Shown in pieces: positions 53,913-63,198 of a DNA stretch of 64,000 nucleotides. The position numbers and the translations under genes are program-made. The stretch spans positions 1,931-65,930 of the forward strand of contig JAUIBQ010000003.1 of the NCBI GenBank assembly GCA_030427445.1. Direction: 5' to 3'. The DNA is from a bacterium. Lineage in GTDB: Bacteria > Patescibacteriota > Saccharimonadia > Saccharimonadales > SZUA-47. Every line of letters starts with the position of its first letter. Position 1 is the stretch's first letter. The notes below the pieces were generated by a model. It was not told the DNA's origin and ran no database searches. It saw only the letters and a program-made list of their open reading frames with translations.

Positions 53913-55594
53913 TGTGACTGCACTTCAATCGTTATTTTTTCTGCGCTCTTAGGAGTTGTGGTAATCCACATCGGACTATAGTTCACTTCAGCGGACACAA
54001 CCCCATCAATTGACTCTAACCTGTCGATTATCTCACCTCGTTTTTTGCCTGCAAACTCTTCTGCGAGAGCATCGACATCAAGAGATGGACCTATTACAGC
54101 TACAGTTGAGAATGAGTAATCGTTTTCTCCAGTTGATTCAAATGTAATTCCACTGAGACCATTGTCGCTAACATTTTTTGTTTCATTTTCTTCAGATAGT
54201 GTTTCGGCTAAAACAGCATCTAAAATTACGCTCATATCACTATCTTTGTATCCAGTGAGCTCATACTCTACAGTTTGCTTAACGGTCACTGATTCTCCTT
54301 CTTCTCCAGCAATTGGGGAGATAGCGTATTTTGGCTCTTTTATGTCTAGTGTTACGTCCATCGCGGTGTAGCCAGCTTCTGTTAACTTCTGACGCAACTC
54401 TTGTAGTGCTTCTCCTCGAGCTGCTTCACCCAAAGAAGCTTTAGCTACAGCCACATCTTCATCACTTACTACTGTGATGATTTCAGTTGTACCGCCCGAT
54501 GCATCACCAACTGCATCTACGTCCGAACGACCGGATACTGTAAAGCTCGTATTCTTAGCAGTATCGTATTCTTCGCCAGATTCTTGAGCGATTATGGCGA
54601 CTGTATCACCGTTGAAATTGAGGCACGAACCATCAAAAGAGTCAAAGCTAAAACTTGCATCTTCTTGTGTGATATACGTTTTTCCGTCTGCACTTACACC
54701 TGTCCCTTTCGGAACATTTGAAGGAGAAGATATCGCACCGCATACTTGAGCACTCATTGTCACCTTTCCTTCTGCTTTTTCACCAATATTCTTTTCACCC
54801 GTCGCTTCTTCAGTAGCTTCATTTGTTTTTTCTGTTGTCACTCGTAAAGCTGGCAAAACTCGCTCATCAACATTAACTGTTGCATCTTCACTATAATCAA
54901 GTGTAATAGAATCACTAACGGGTATGCTCTGAGTGTTGGTCTGAACCGAGATCGTAGCTTTAGGCATCACAACAAAGCCAATGTACCAAAGAATAACTAG
55001 TGTGATAAATCCAACTACTCCAAGGATAAGTTTAGTCTGAAACGAGCCAAAATCAGGGACTTTAAACTTCTTGTTTTTTGCTTTCACCGCAGCTACTGTC
55101 GCTGCGGAAGTGGCTTCTTTATCCTCAGACACTTCTTTTGCCGTGTCCTCAGACACACCATCATCAGACAAAGAAGAATCTGTCGTTTTAGTAGCAGCTG
55201 CCATCCCAGCCCCCATAGCAACCACGGCATCAGGAGCATCGTCACCATCAACATCTTCGATGTTTACAGTTGGTATAAACGGTTTAGAATTGGCAGTTTC
55301 TGCCACATGCACGCCCGCTACGCCCGCAAGTGTATGAATAGACTTATCGGCAGTGACTAAAGCAATGTTTTTCTTTTGCTTAGTAGCTGCGCGTTTTAGT
55401 AGTTTCATATTTACTATGCTTTGAAGCACTTGTGCATTTTTTGGTAACACGATAGCTACGATACTGCTTGATGACTTCTTAACACTGTTTATTAATGCTG
55501 TGATGTCATCTTCATTATCAACATAGATTGTGTCTTTTTGCACTTTCTTAAGTGGCGTTTTTAACTTCGGTGTCGGTTTGCTTTTTGCGGTCAT
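53909..55594 (-). CDS. Membrane protein with extracytoplasmic baseplate-J-like domain
   Basis: N-terminal IY...DDIT...LP.....S.VN.KLL domain, TM helix, ATG.K..GEKA.G.VT...VPKGT...A...G..Y pattern. Confidence 0.65.
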   Translation of the reverse strand: MTAKSKPTPKLKTPLKKVQKDTIYVDNEDDITALINSVKKSSSSIVAIVLPKNAQVLQSIVNMKLLKRAATKQKKNIALVTADKSIHTLAGVAGVHVAETANSKPFIPTVNIEDVDGDDAPDAVVAMGAGMAAATKTTDSSLSDDGVSEDTAKEVSEDKEATSAATVAAVKAKNKKFKVPDFGSFQTKLILGVVGFITLVILWYIGFVVMPKATISVQTNTQSIPVSDSITLDYSEDATVNVDERVLPALRVTTEKTNEATEEATGEKNIGEKAEGKVTMSAQVCGAISSPSNVPKGTGVSADGKTYITQEDASFSFDSFDGSCLNFNGDTVAIIAQESGEEYDTAKNTSFTVSGRSDVDAVGDASGGTTEIITVVSDEDVAVAKASLGEAARGEALQELRQKLTEAGYTAMDVTLDIKEPKYAISPIAGEEGESVTVKQTVEYELTGYKDSDMSVILDAVLAETLSEENETKNVSDNGLSGITFESTGENDYSFSTVAVIGPSLDVDALAEEFAGKKRGEIIDRLESIDGVVSAEVNYSPMWITTTPKSAEKITIEVQSQ

Positions 55595-56892
55595 GATCGA
55601 AGTATCCTATTTATTTTCTGCCTTATTGACCCTTTTGGAGAATCGTCGTCATTATCTTGCTCGATAGTATCAACACCAACTCTGAGTAACCCCATAGCCG
55701 TGATAAATGTATGGTCTTTAATCTTTTCAGTAGTATCTACGATACCATTTATTGTTGCTGGGTTGATATATTTCACGGTCGGTTTTCGCGTAAAAGGAAG
55801 CTCTTTATACCAATCTTGCTTTTCTAGCTCTTCGAATAACACCGAAAGGCTTGCACCGCCACCATATAAAAATATGTGATGAGGTAGATGCTCCAGTGCT
55901 GTAAATTCCTCTAAGGCAAGCTCCACACCTGACTGCCAGACATCAGTAATACTTTCTAAAGAATCTACCAGCTTCTTTCTTTGTTTTTCTGGGACTGCTC
56001 CCTTACCAAAAGCTATTTTCAGGTTTTCTGCTTGATCATGGGGTATAGATAAGTCCCTAGAAATAGCTTTCGTGAACGCACGACCACCAATACCAAACAT
56101 TTTTGTTCCCTGTACGCCACCCTCATCGATAACTGCTATATCAGTAGTACCTCCACCGATGTCCATCAAAACGGCACTTAGCGTGGACTCCTCATTATCT
56201 CCGAGTACAGACCGAGCAACAGCGAACGGCTCTGCAGCGACAGCAATCAAGTCCATATCTAGCTGCTGCACAACACGCTCAATGGCTCCGATGTGAATCA
56301 GTGGTGCAAAAGCGGTGTAGAGCTGCACGGTAACTTCTTTGCCTTGAAAGCCTACGGGGTTTGTCACAACATATCCGTCAATCTCCATACTTACAAGTGC
56401 ACTGTTGATGAGCTGGATATCGACATCCTTGCCACCAAGCTCTTGTTTAATCTTGCGTGCTGATTGCTCTTTAGCACGAGTCTGTACTCGCTCGATAATC
56501 TGCTCGATTTCGTCAACATCTAATGGCGCTTTTCCGTCTGCACGTCGTACACGTACTTTGGTTGTCGTACCTTTGACAAGCTCACCGGCAAGACCGACCA
56601 CAACAGCACGGGGCGAAACCCCAGCCTGCTCTTCGGCTTGAGAGAGTGCACTGTTACAGTTCGCAGCCACCGCTGCGATGTCAGCAATAGCGCCTGATTG
56701 CATATCTTGCAGCCCTTGATGAGCACGGCCCACACCAACAATTTCGACATTTTCATCGTTTATTTTTGCGATAAGAGCTTTTACATTCTCTGTACCAATA
56801 TCAAGAGCGACCACGAAATTTTCTTTCTCAGAATCATCATCGTCTTCAAAGATAGGAATATATTCCTTAACCCTTTTCAGAATATCTAGCAT
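55591..56892 (-). CDS. FtsA-like actin-fold ATPase
   Basis: ALDIGTENVK, AEPFA, DIGGGTTD, GG..FT, AE.LK, GGGA; no ftsZ adjacent in the window. Confidence 0.85.
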   Translation of the reverse strand: MLDILKRVKEYIPIFEDDDDSEKENFVVALDIGTENVKALIAKINDENVEIVGVGRAHQGLQDMQSGAIADIAAVAANCNSALSQAEEQAGVSPRAVVVGLAGELVKGTTTKVRVRRADGKAPLDVDEIEQIIERVQTRAKEQSARKIKQELGGKDVDIQLINSALVSMEIDGYVVTNPVGFQGKEVTVQLYTAFAPLIHIGAIERVVQQLDMDLIAVAAEPFAVARSVLGDNEESTLSAVLMDIGGGTTDIAVIDEGGVQGTKMFGIGGRAFTKAISRDLSIPHDQAENLKIAFGKGAVPEKQRKKLVDSLESITDVWQSGVELALEEFTALEHLPHHIFLYGGGASLSVLFEELEKQDWYKELPFTRKPTVKYINPATINGIVDTTEKIKDHTFITAMGLLRVGVDTIEQDNDDDSPKGSIRQKINRILRS

Positions 56893-56947
56893 ATGCGGTT
56901 TATTATAGCACGCTGAAAGAAGTTTTTAACTGCGAAAATACAGTAAT

Positions 56948-57175
56948 TTAAAGTCCACCACCGCCAAAGACCCGTGGCTTATGCCAGCCTCCGAGACGAA
57001 GTCCTGAATCATTGCGTACTACTTGCAAAGTAGCGATACTTCCTGCATTGCCGGCGACTTCATCATCGGCACCAGAGTCGATATCCCCAAAACATACGTC
57101 AGTAGGCATCGGAACAATGTCAGTGGGCATCCAGAATTGTCCTATTGGAGGTAAAGTTTCACCAACTTCCGGCAT
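56948..57175 (-). CDS. Small hypothetical protein
   Basis: 75 aa; TAATG coupling to the upstream ORF. Confidence 0.4.
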   Translation of the reverse strand: MPEVGETLPPIGQFWMPTDIVPMPTDVCFGDIDSGADDEVAGNAGSIATLQVVRNDSGLRLGGWHKPRVFGGGGL

Positions 57176-57600
57176 TAACTGCGTATCCTTTTTGTAATAC
57201 GATCAAACCCTCTAGTTATTATCTGCGAGACACTCAGGTCTGTTGTTAAGCCAATACAGAATATTTCTGCAAAAGTAAAATCTTTAGGCAAATAAAATTC
57301 TACAGGTAGTTCTCTGGAGTACACATCTTGTTTTCCATCGTCGTTGAAACATCCTTCTTGAAAAGCAACACTGGCATCCCGACCATCATTTGTCATAGCA
57401 AATGAAATAACAACATTAGGCATATCACCCACAATTCGATAATCTACATCATACCCGAGAGGCTTTTCATCGTCATAAAATTCTTCAAGTGAAGAACCAA
57501 ACAGTATAGACCTTGCATCAGCTTCACGTTTAGACACAAATATACCTCTTGCATCCGGTGCTGGACTAAGCTTTTGAACTGGTCTTTCAAGAAGTGACAT
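57175..57600 (-). CDS. Hypothetical protein
   Basis: 141 aa ORF. Confidence 0.55.
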   Translation of the reverse strand: MSLLERPVQKLSPAPDARGIFVSKREADARSILFGSSLEEFYDDEKPLGYDVDYRIVGDMPNVVISFAMTNDGRDASVAFQEGCFNDDGKQDVYSRELPVEFYLPKDFTFAEIFCIGLTTDLSVSQIITRGFDRITKRIRS

Positions 57601-57677
57601 GTATTTATATATCAGTTTTGTTTAGCTTTATTTTGGTTAAGCTTGATATCACCATACACCCATCAACACTCAAAATG

Positions 57678-57693
57678 TGTGATGTACATCACA
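57678..57693. promoter_or_regulatory. CRP/FNR-type operator palindrome
   Basis: TGTGA-TGTACA-TCACA, a perfect 16 bp palindrome. Confidence 0.55.
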
Positions 57694-57724
57694 AAAACTA
57701 TGCATTAGCATTTTTTACAACACT

Positions 57725-59671
57725 CTACTGAAGTACGGCTTTGATTCTTCGAATTCCTGCAGAGCTTGATTGTTCTTTTATAATCTTAAATCGTTTGCCA
57801 TCTTCGTGGAGTTGAGCTGTGTGGTCAACGTGTGGGCCACCACATATCTCAAAGCTAAATGGACGCTTATCTTCTGGCTCATCAGGATTTTTCATAGAGT
57901 AGACTTTTACGACATCCCCGTAACGGTCACCAAATTGTCCTAGTGCGCCTAATGGACCTGTGGCTTCAGTCGTTGGATATTCTGCGAAGCTTACCTGTAA
58001 ATCATTTTCAATCTGCTCGTTAACGATATCTTCAACTTGCTGGATTTGCTCAGGTGTCATTTTTTCAGGATGAGAAAAGTCAAATCGCAGTCGTTCTTCT
58101 GTGATATTAGAGCCATGTTGTACGACATGATCGCCAAGTACGTCACGAAGTGCCTGGTACATCAAGTGCGTAGCAGTGTGGTACTTCTTATGTTGAAGCG
58201 TCTGCCCACCAAGACCACCTTTAAATGTGCCTTTAGCGGCAGTTTGTGAACGCTCGCGTTGCTCTTGCATCTTATTGTCAAACTGCTCTTTCCAGTTTTC
58301 ATCTAAATTAATGTTTCGTTTTTCGGCCTCTTCAACTGAAAGTTCTGTTGGGAATCCATACGTATCGTAGAGGGTAAAGATTTCGTTGCCAGTTACCTTG
58401 CCGTCTTCAGCTAATTTTTCAAACTCACGTAAACCTTTTCTAAGTGTTTGTTTAAACGCCTTTTCCTCTTTTACCAGCACAGAAATAACTTCTTCTTCAC
58501 TCGCTTTCACTTCTGGGAAGTCGTCTCGATACATTTCTGTCATTACAGGGGCGATTTCCTCGACAAAGTTATGCTCAACACCGAGGTCAAATGCCTTGAG
58601 GATAGCTCGGCGCATTAACCGACGCATGACGTACCCTTGCTGTTTATTGCTTGGCTTCACGCCGTCGACTGCCAAGAACATTGCACCTCTTAAATGGTCA
58701 GCGATGACTCGCATAGATTTCATCTCTTCCATCCAGCAATCAGGCATAGTGTCATATCCCAAGTCCCCAGGAGAGAAGTCGTATTTTTTACCTGAAAGTT
58801 GTTCGAGTTTTTCTACAATTGGCCACAGAACACTGATTTTAAATACATCTGGACAGTTGATGGCTGCAGCTGCGATTCGCTCTAATCCACCACCAAAGTC
58901 GACGTTCTGGTTTGGCAATTCTTCAAAGCCTGATTCAGTGCGCTTGTACTGCATGAAAACTTGGTTGCCGATTTCGATAAACCGTCCAGAATCATTTGCT
59001 GGATGAGCCTTACCCCACTGTTTTTCATCGTGCAGTTCTTCACCGAAGTCATAGAACACTTCGCTGTCTGGGCCACAAGGGTCACCAACAGGTGTTTGCT
59101 CAATCCCCCCACCACGACTCCACCAGTTTTCCTGGTCGTCGTAGTAGAAGATTCTTCCGCCTTGCATTCCGAGCTTATCGCCATTGTCAGCCGTGCCTAG
59201 ATCGACAATTTTGTTATCGATACCTTTTTCAGCAAACAGCTCTTGCCAAATCTCAGCAGAATCAGTGTCTTTCGGGATGCCATTTTTCTCATCACCGATA
59301 AAGCACGTCACGTATATTTTGCTTGGGTCCAAGCCAACTTCGTCGACTAAGAATTCAAAAAACCAGCGAATCTGTTCTTTCTTAAAGTAATCACCAAGTG
59401 ACCAGTTACCTAGCATCTCGAAAAATGTCGTGTGCCGGTTATCGCCTACATCATCGATGTCTTGTGCTCGCAAGCACGTCTGGCTGTCGACTAGTCGCAC
59501 TCCTTCTGGGTGATCTTGGCCAAGCAAATATGGCATGAGTTGCTGCATGCCCGAACCTGTAAAAAGTGTTGTCGCATCTTCTTTAGGAGTTAACAGTGCC
59601 CTGGGGATAATTTTATGGCCACGCTCTTCAAAAAATTGTAAATATCTATTTCGTATATCTTGTGCATTCAT
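57725..59671 (-). CDS. alaS: Alanine--tRNA ligase (lacks the C-Ala domain)
   Basis: LFTGSGMQ, RHTTFFEMLGNWS.GDYFK, G.GLER, IADH.R, LYDTYGFP, HTATH, RFDF.H, EICGGPHV, GIRRIKA. Confidence 0.97.
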   Translation of the reverse strand: MNAQDIRNRYLQFFEERGHKIIPRALLTPKEDATTLFTGSGMQQLMPYLLGQDHPEGVRLVDSQTCLRAQDIDDVGDNRHTTFFEMLGNWSLGDYFKKEQIRWFFEFLVDEVGLDPSKIYVTCFIGDEKNGIPKDTDSAEIWQELFAEKGIDNKIVDLGTADNGDKLGMQGGRIFYYDDQENWWSRGGGIEQTPVGDPCGPDSEVFYDFGEELHDEKQWGKAHPANDSGRFIEIGNQVFMQYKRTESGFEELPNQNVDFGGGLERIAAAAINCPDVFKISVLWPIVEKLEQLSGKKYDFSPGDLGYDTMPDCWMEEMKSMRVIADHLRGAMFLAVDGVKPSNKQQGYVMRRLMRRAILKAFDLGVEHNFVEEIAPVMTEMYRDDFPEVKASEEEVISVLVKEEKAFKQTLRKGLREFEKLAEDGKVTGNEIFTLYDTYGFPTELSVEEAEKRNINLDENWKEQFDNKMQEQRERSQTAAKGTFKGGLGGQTLQHKKYHTATHLMYQALRDVLGDHVVQHGSNITEERLRFDFSHPEKMTPEQIQQVEDIVNEQIENDLQVSFAEYPTTEATGPLGALGQFGDRYGDVVKVYSMKNPDEPEDKRPFSFEICGGPHVDHTAQLHEDGKRFKIIKEQSSSAGIRRIKAVLQ

Positions 59672-59720
59672 GTGAATATCGTTTCTAGGTTAAGTTTATA
59701 AGGATTATAGAAAAAGGAGA

Positions 59721-59774
59721 TTACGCCCCAAGGGCATTCGCGCGAGCAGAACCAAGAGTATTTCTATACTTCAT
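59721..59774 (-). CDS. Putative alaS leader peptide MKYRNTLGSARANALGA
   Basis: 17-codon uORF with 4 Ala among the last 8 codons, 8 nt after TATAAT, ending 49 nt before alaS. Confidence 0.6.
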   Translation of the reverse strand: MKYRNTLGSARANALGA

Positions 59775-59817
59775 TGACCTCAATTATAACAGAGGTGTGA
59801 ATTATCGTAAATTTTGT

Positions 59818-60990
59818 TTAATATGGTGTGATTTTAAGTAAAACATCTGTTGCGTCACCGTTATCGGTTGTCACATATAGCGCGCCATCATCTGATTGAT
59901 AGACGGAGCGGATTCTGCCGTATTTACCCTTGTACCACTCTTCTTGGCCTTCAATGTTGCCATTTTCATCAAAAGAGAACACTCGAATATGCTGAGTTTT
60001 TAGCATCGCTACTAACAACGCACCATCATACTGACCCCACTGTTCACCATACATAAATGTCGCGCCAGACGGAGCAAGTGTCGGACTACCGGATGACCAT
60101 AGTGCCTCAACTGCATTTGGGAATTCATCTTTATCGGTCATCGGGACACGCTCGTTATAGCCCGGTACCGGGTCCCAACCGAAATTAGCACCGCGCATTA
60201 TTTCGTTTATTTCATCATCTACATCTGGTCCGTGCTCTGTCGTAACACCGACGAATGGCTCTCCATCATCAGTGAAAGCTATCCCTTGGGTATTGCGGTG
60301 CCCATAACTATACACTCGATTATCACCTTCACTAGTAGGGTTACCGGGTGCCGCGTTGCCATCGCGATCCACTCGCAGTAGCTTCCCTGCAAGTGATGAC
60401 CTGTCTTGAGGGTTGGAGCCAATTGCCACATCTCCAGTTCCAATCCACAAGTAGTTGTCTGGCCCAAAGCGTGGTCTACATCCTGAGTGACGACCATCAA
60501 ATGTCGATCTGTTCACTGGGATGTCAGTCACAATATCCTCCTGATTTGTAAGCTCTTCACCTGTCCATTCCCACCGACTAACCCGAATATCACTGTTTGT
60601 CGCATAGCAAGCATACACAAAACTGTTGTCTTTAAACTCGCTGTCCGCCGTAAGCCCCATCAAACCACCTTCACCACTTGGATTTACTAATGGGATATCA
60701 AGAACCAACTCAACTCCATTTTCGGAAACTTTACTAATCTGACCATCATCCTCAGTGAAGAGTACTGTCTGATCTGGCAAAACGACGACATCCCACGGTT
60801 TTGTGAGCGACTCAGCAAGCACTTCCACAGTAAAATCTTCAACCGAAACTTCTTTAACTGTATTATCGACTGTTTCAATCAATGTCAACTCTACTTGTTC
60901 TTCTTGGCTTCGGCTATCCATAATCCACCATGCACCAACGAGAACACCGACTAAAACTACAAAAATGCCAAGTTTTTTCACAATGCTCAT
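59818..60990 (-). CDS. PQQ-dependent glucose/sorbosone dehydrogenase family protein
   Basis: L..PW, GEGGLMG, H.G.R..FGPD, GKLLR, YSYGHRN.QG, EHG...DEIN, APSG, GRIR.V. Confidence 0.9.
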   Translation of the reverse strand: MSIVKKLGIFVVLVGVLVGAWWIMDSRSQEEQVELTLIETVDNTVKEVSVEDFTVEVLAESLTKPWDVVVLPDQTVLFTEDDGQISKVSENGVELVLDIPLVNPSGEGGLMGLTADSEFKDNSFVYACYATNSDIRVSRWEWTGEELTNQEDIVTDIPVNRSTFDGRHSGCRPRFGPDNYLWIGTGDVAIGSNPQDRSSLAGKLLRVDRDGNAAPGNPTSEGDNRVYSYGHRNTQGIAFTDDGEPFVGVTTEHGPDVDDEINEIMRGANFGWDPVPGYNERVPMTDKDEFPNAVEALWSSGSPTLAPSGATFMYGEQWGQYDGALLVAMLKTQHIRVFSFDENGNIEGQEEWYKGKYGRIRSVYQSDDGALYVTTDNGDATDVLLKITPY

Positions 60991-61020
60991 GCTTACAAGT
61001 GTAGCATGTGCGAGTATTTC

Positions 61021-62085
61021 TTAGGTGATTATTCCTCCGCCTAGACAGACTTCATTCGCGTATAGTACTGCTGATTGCCCAGGAGTACACGCTCTGATCT
61101 TTTCTGAAAGTGCAATCTTACACATACCCTCATCGATACTATCGATTTTCGCTGCAATAAGTGGTGCTCGGTGGCGAGTACGTACGAGTACGTCATCCCC
61201 TACATTTGGCATGTGCTTTATCCAATGTGTAGAACCTAAAGTCAATGTATCGCTCCACAACTCCTTAGAGTCAATCGCATTCGTAACATACACTTCATTT
61301 TTCTGCATATTTTTACCCGTAACGTAGTACGGCAGCCCACCTCCGATGTCCAAACCGTGCCTTTGACCGATGGTATAAAAGATTGCTCCTTCATGCTGTC
61401 CAATAATTACTCCGTCGTCGGTCAGAATGTAGCCTGGCTTTATGTATTTGCTTGCGTCGCCTTGTTTTGTTAAATACGTCGTCAAGAATTCTTTGATACC
61501 GACTTTGCCTACGAAACAAATACCCATTGATTCTTTCTTTTCAGCTGTGAATAACCCTCGCTTTTTAGCTTCAGCACGAACTTCTTGTTTCGTCATTTCT
61601 CCAAGCGGGAAAAGTGTGTTTTCCAATGCTTCTGAGGTAACTCTGTACAGAAAATACGTCTGATCTTTGTTAGCGTCCGTCGCTTGCAGTAACTCGCCTT
61701 TGCTGGTTTGTGCATAATGACCAGTGGCTATCATATCTGCACCATCTGCACGCGCTGTATCATAAAATAGCTTAAACTTAATCTCCTGATTGCACATGAT
61801 GTCAGGATTCGGCGTAATCCCTGCAGTAAATCCATCAATCATATACTGCACAACTCGGTCGAAATACTCTTGTTCAAAATCATACATCTTAAACGGTATG
61901 CCGAGTGAGACAGCTACTCTCTTAGCATCCATATAGTCATCGCGCCATGGGCAAGGAAAGCCAGGCAAATCTTTCGACCAATTTTTCATATAAACGCCGG
62001 TAACGTCGTAACCCTGCTCTACCAAAAGCGCAGCTGTGAGCGAACTATCCACTCCTCCAGACATACCGACATAGACTTTTTTCAT
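61021..62085 (-). CDS. mnmA: tRNA-specific 2-thiouridylase
   Basis: GMSGGVDSS, TPNPDIMCN, ATGHY, KDQTYFL, ESMGICF, YTIGQR, TPGQ; an alternative ATG exists at 62091. Confidence 0.97.
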   Translation of the reverse strand: MKKVYVGMSGGVDSSLTAALLVEQGYDVTGVYMKNWSKDLPGFPCPWRDDYMDAKRVAVSLGIPFKMYDFEQEYFDRVVQYMIDGFTAGITPNPDIMCNQEIKFKLFYDTARADGADMIATGHYAQTSKGELLQATDANKDQTYFLYRVTSEALENTLFPLGEMTKQEVRAEAKKRGLFTAEKKESMGICFVGKVGIKEFLTTYLTKQGDASKYIKPGYILTDDGVIIGQHEGAIFYTIGQRHGLDIGGGLPYYVTGKNMQKNEVYVTNAIDSKELWSDTLTLGSTHWIKHMPNVGDDVLVRTRHRAPLIAAKIDSIDEGMCKIALSEKIRACTPGQSAVLYANEVCLGGGIIT

Positions 62086-62139
62086 AACCATACTATTATA
62101 GATGAAAAGTCAATTTTCGTCGAGGTATGTAGCCAGGTT

Positions 62140-63093
62140 TTATATATCTTCGAATGGATGCTCGCCGTTGATGATGCGTCGCTTCATAACTGAAAGCATA
62201 TGTCGCTTGCCAAGCCAAAAAGTAGATACAACGAAAGGCAAAAGCAATGCTGCCGGCCACCATATAATTCTAGTCCTAATACCACTAATACCACCGGACG
62301 CATCATCTGAGTCACTCTGTCCGTCACCGCTATTAGTTTGACTTAAAGGTCCGTTTGCCACTGCAACAACCTGCAAAAACGCAGCCGCGCCGTTGTTGTC
62401 TACTACCTTAATCACAACATTGAACACACCCGGTTCGCTGTATACATGCTCTAAATCTATAGTGCCAGCAAACGGCTGAGAGAAAAGTTCAAGCTCACTC
62501 TCATCTCCCCAGTCGACAGAGAAAGCATACGGACCTGCTCCGCCACTAAGAATAATTGGCCATGTCAGTGTGTCTCCTGGGTCAGCACCTCTTTTCGCAT
62601 AGTTCGATGTGAGAGTTACTCGTGCTGGAGCACCGACATCATTTTGATTGTATTGTATCGTCACGATATTAGAGTCAGGACCTGGCTGATCTAGGTCGTC
62701 AAACACTCGAGCAACGAGCTCATTATCACCAACGAATAAATCAGTTTCAATCGTGTAGTTTCCGCCAACACAAACTGTCGATCCTGCAAAAACATTATTC
62801 TTAAACAACTTGACTAATAATCCATCAGGGCAAAGACCTGTAACTTCGATAGGCAAGTCAGTACCACTCAAATCCTGACCGTTCGTAGGAAATGTAATCG
62901 TCGCTCCAGTCGTGGGCGGCGGAGCACTTATCTGGCCAGTAAGACCAACAGACCCTGACTGCTCAGGGTCTGAAGACTGTGCACTTGCTGTCCCGGCACC
63001 TAATATCAAGAAAAATGCAGCACTCGCAAACATCACGAGCAGTACATATCTGAATATTACAGACCAAGACTCTATTAGAGATTGTGGTTTCAT
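62140..63093 (-). CDS. Surface protein with Ig-like/PKD domain and C-terminal TM anchor
   Basis: Signal peptide, VDWGD...H.Y.EPG PKD motif, C-terminal hydrophobic helix. Confidence 0.75.
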   Translation of the reverse strand: MKPQSLIESWSVIFRYVLLVMFASAAFFLILGAGTASAQSSDPEQSGSVGLTGQISAPPPTTGATITFPTNGQDLSGTDLPIEVTGLCPDGLLVKLFKNNVFAGSTVCVGGNYTIETDLFVGDNELVARVFDDLDQPGPDSNIVTIQYNQNDVGAPARVTLTSNYAKRGADPGDTLTWPIILSGGAGPYAFSVDWGDESELELFSQPFAGTIDLEHVYSEPGVFNVVIKVVDNNGAAAFLQVVAVANGPLSQTNSGDGQSDSDDASGGISGIRTRIIWWPAALLLPFVVSTFWLGKRHMLSVMKRRIINGEHPFEDI

Positions 63094-63140
63094 TTATTTA
63101 TTTTTAAGTTGTTTTTGTGTAAATAGTTTACATAAACAGT

Positions 63141-63174
63141 ATACCCGCTCATACATATAAGCACAAGCGGGTAT
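63141..63174. terminator. Intergenic stem-loop, possible terminator
   Basis: ATACCCGCT ... AGCGGGTAT inverted repeat between co-oriented genes. Confidence 0.45.
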
Positions 63175-63198
63175 TTTATTATTAGTAGCTTTTAGTTA

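Noticed and set aside
57725..59671. Short AlaRS as a pseudogene
   Set aside because: Catalytic and editing domains are intact and end cleanly; only the C-Ala domain is missing, as in other reduced genomes.
59672..59817. T-box riboswitch upstream of alaS
   Set aside because: No UGGNACC T-box sequence and too little space for stem I; a leader peptide fits better.
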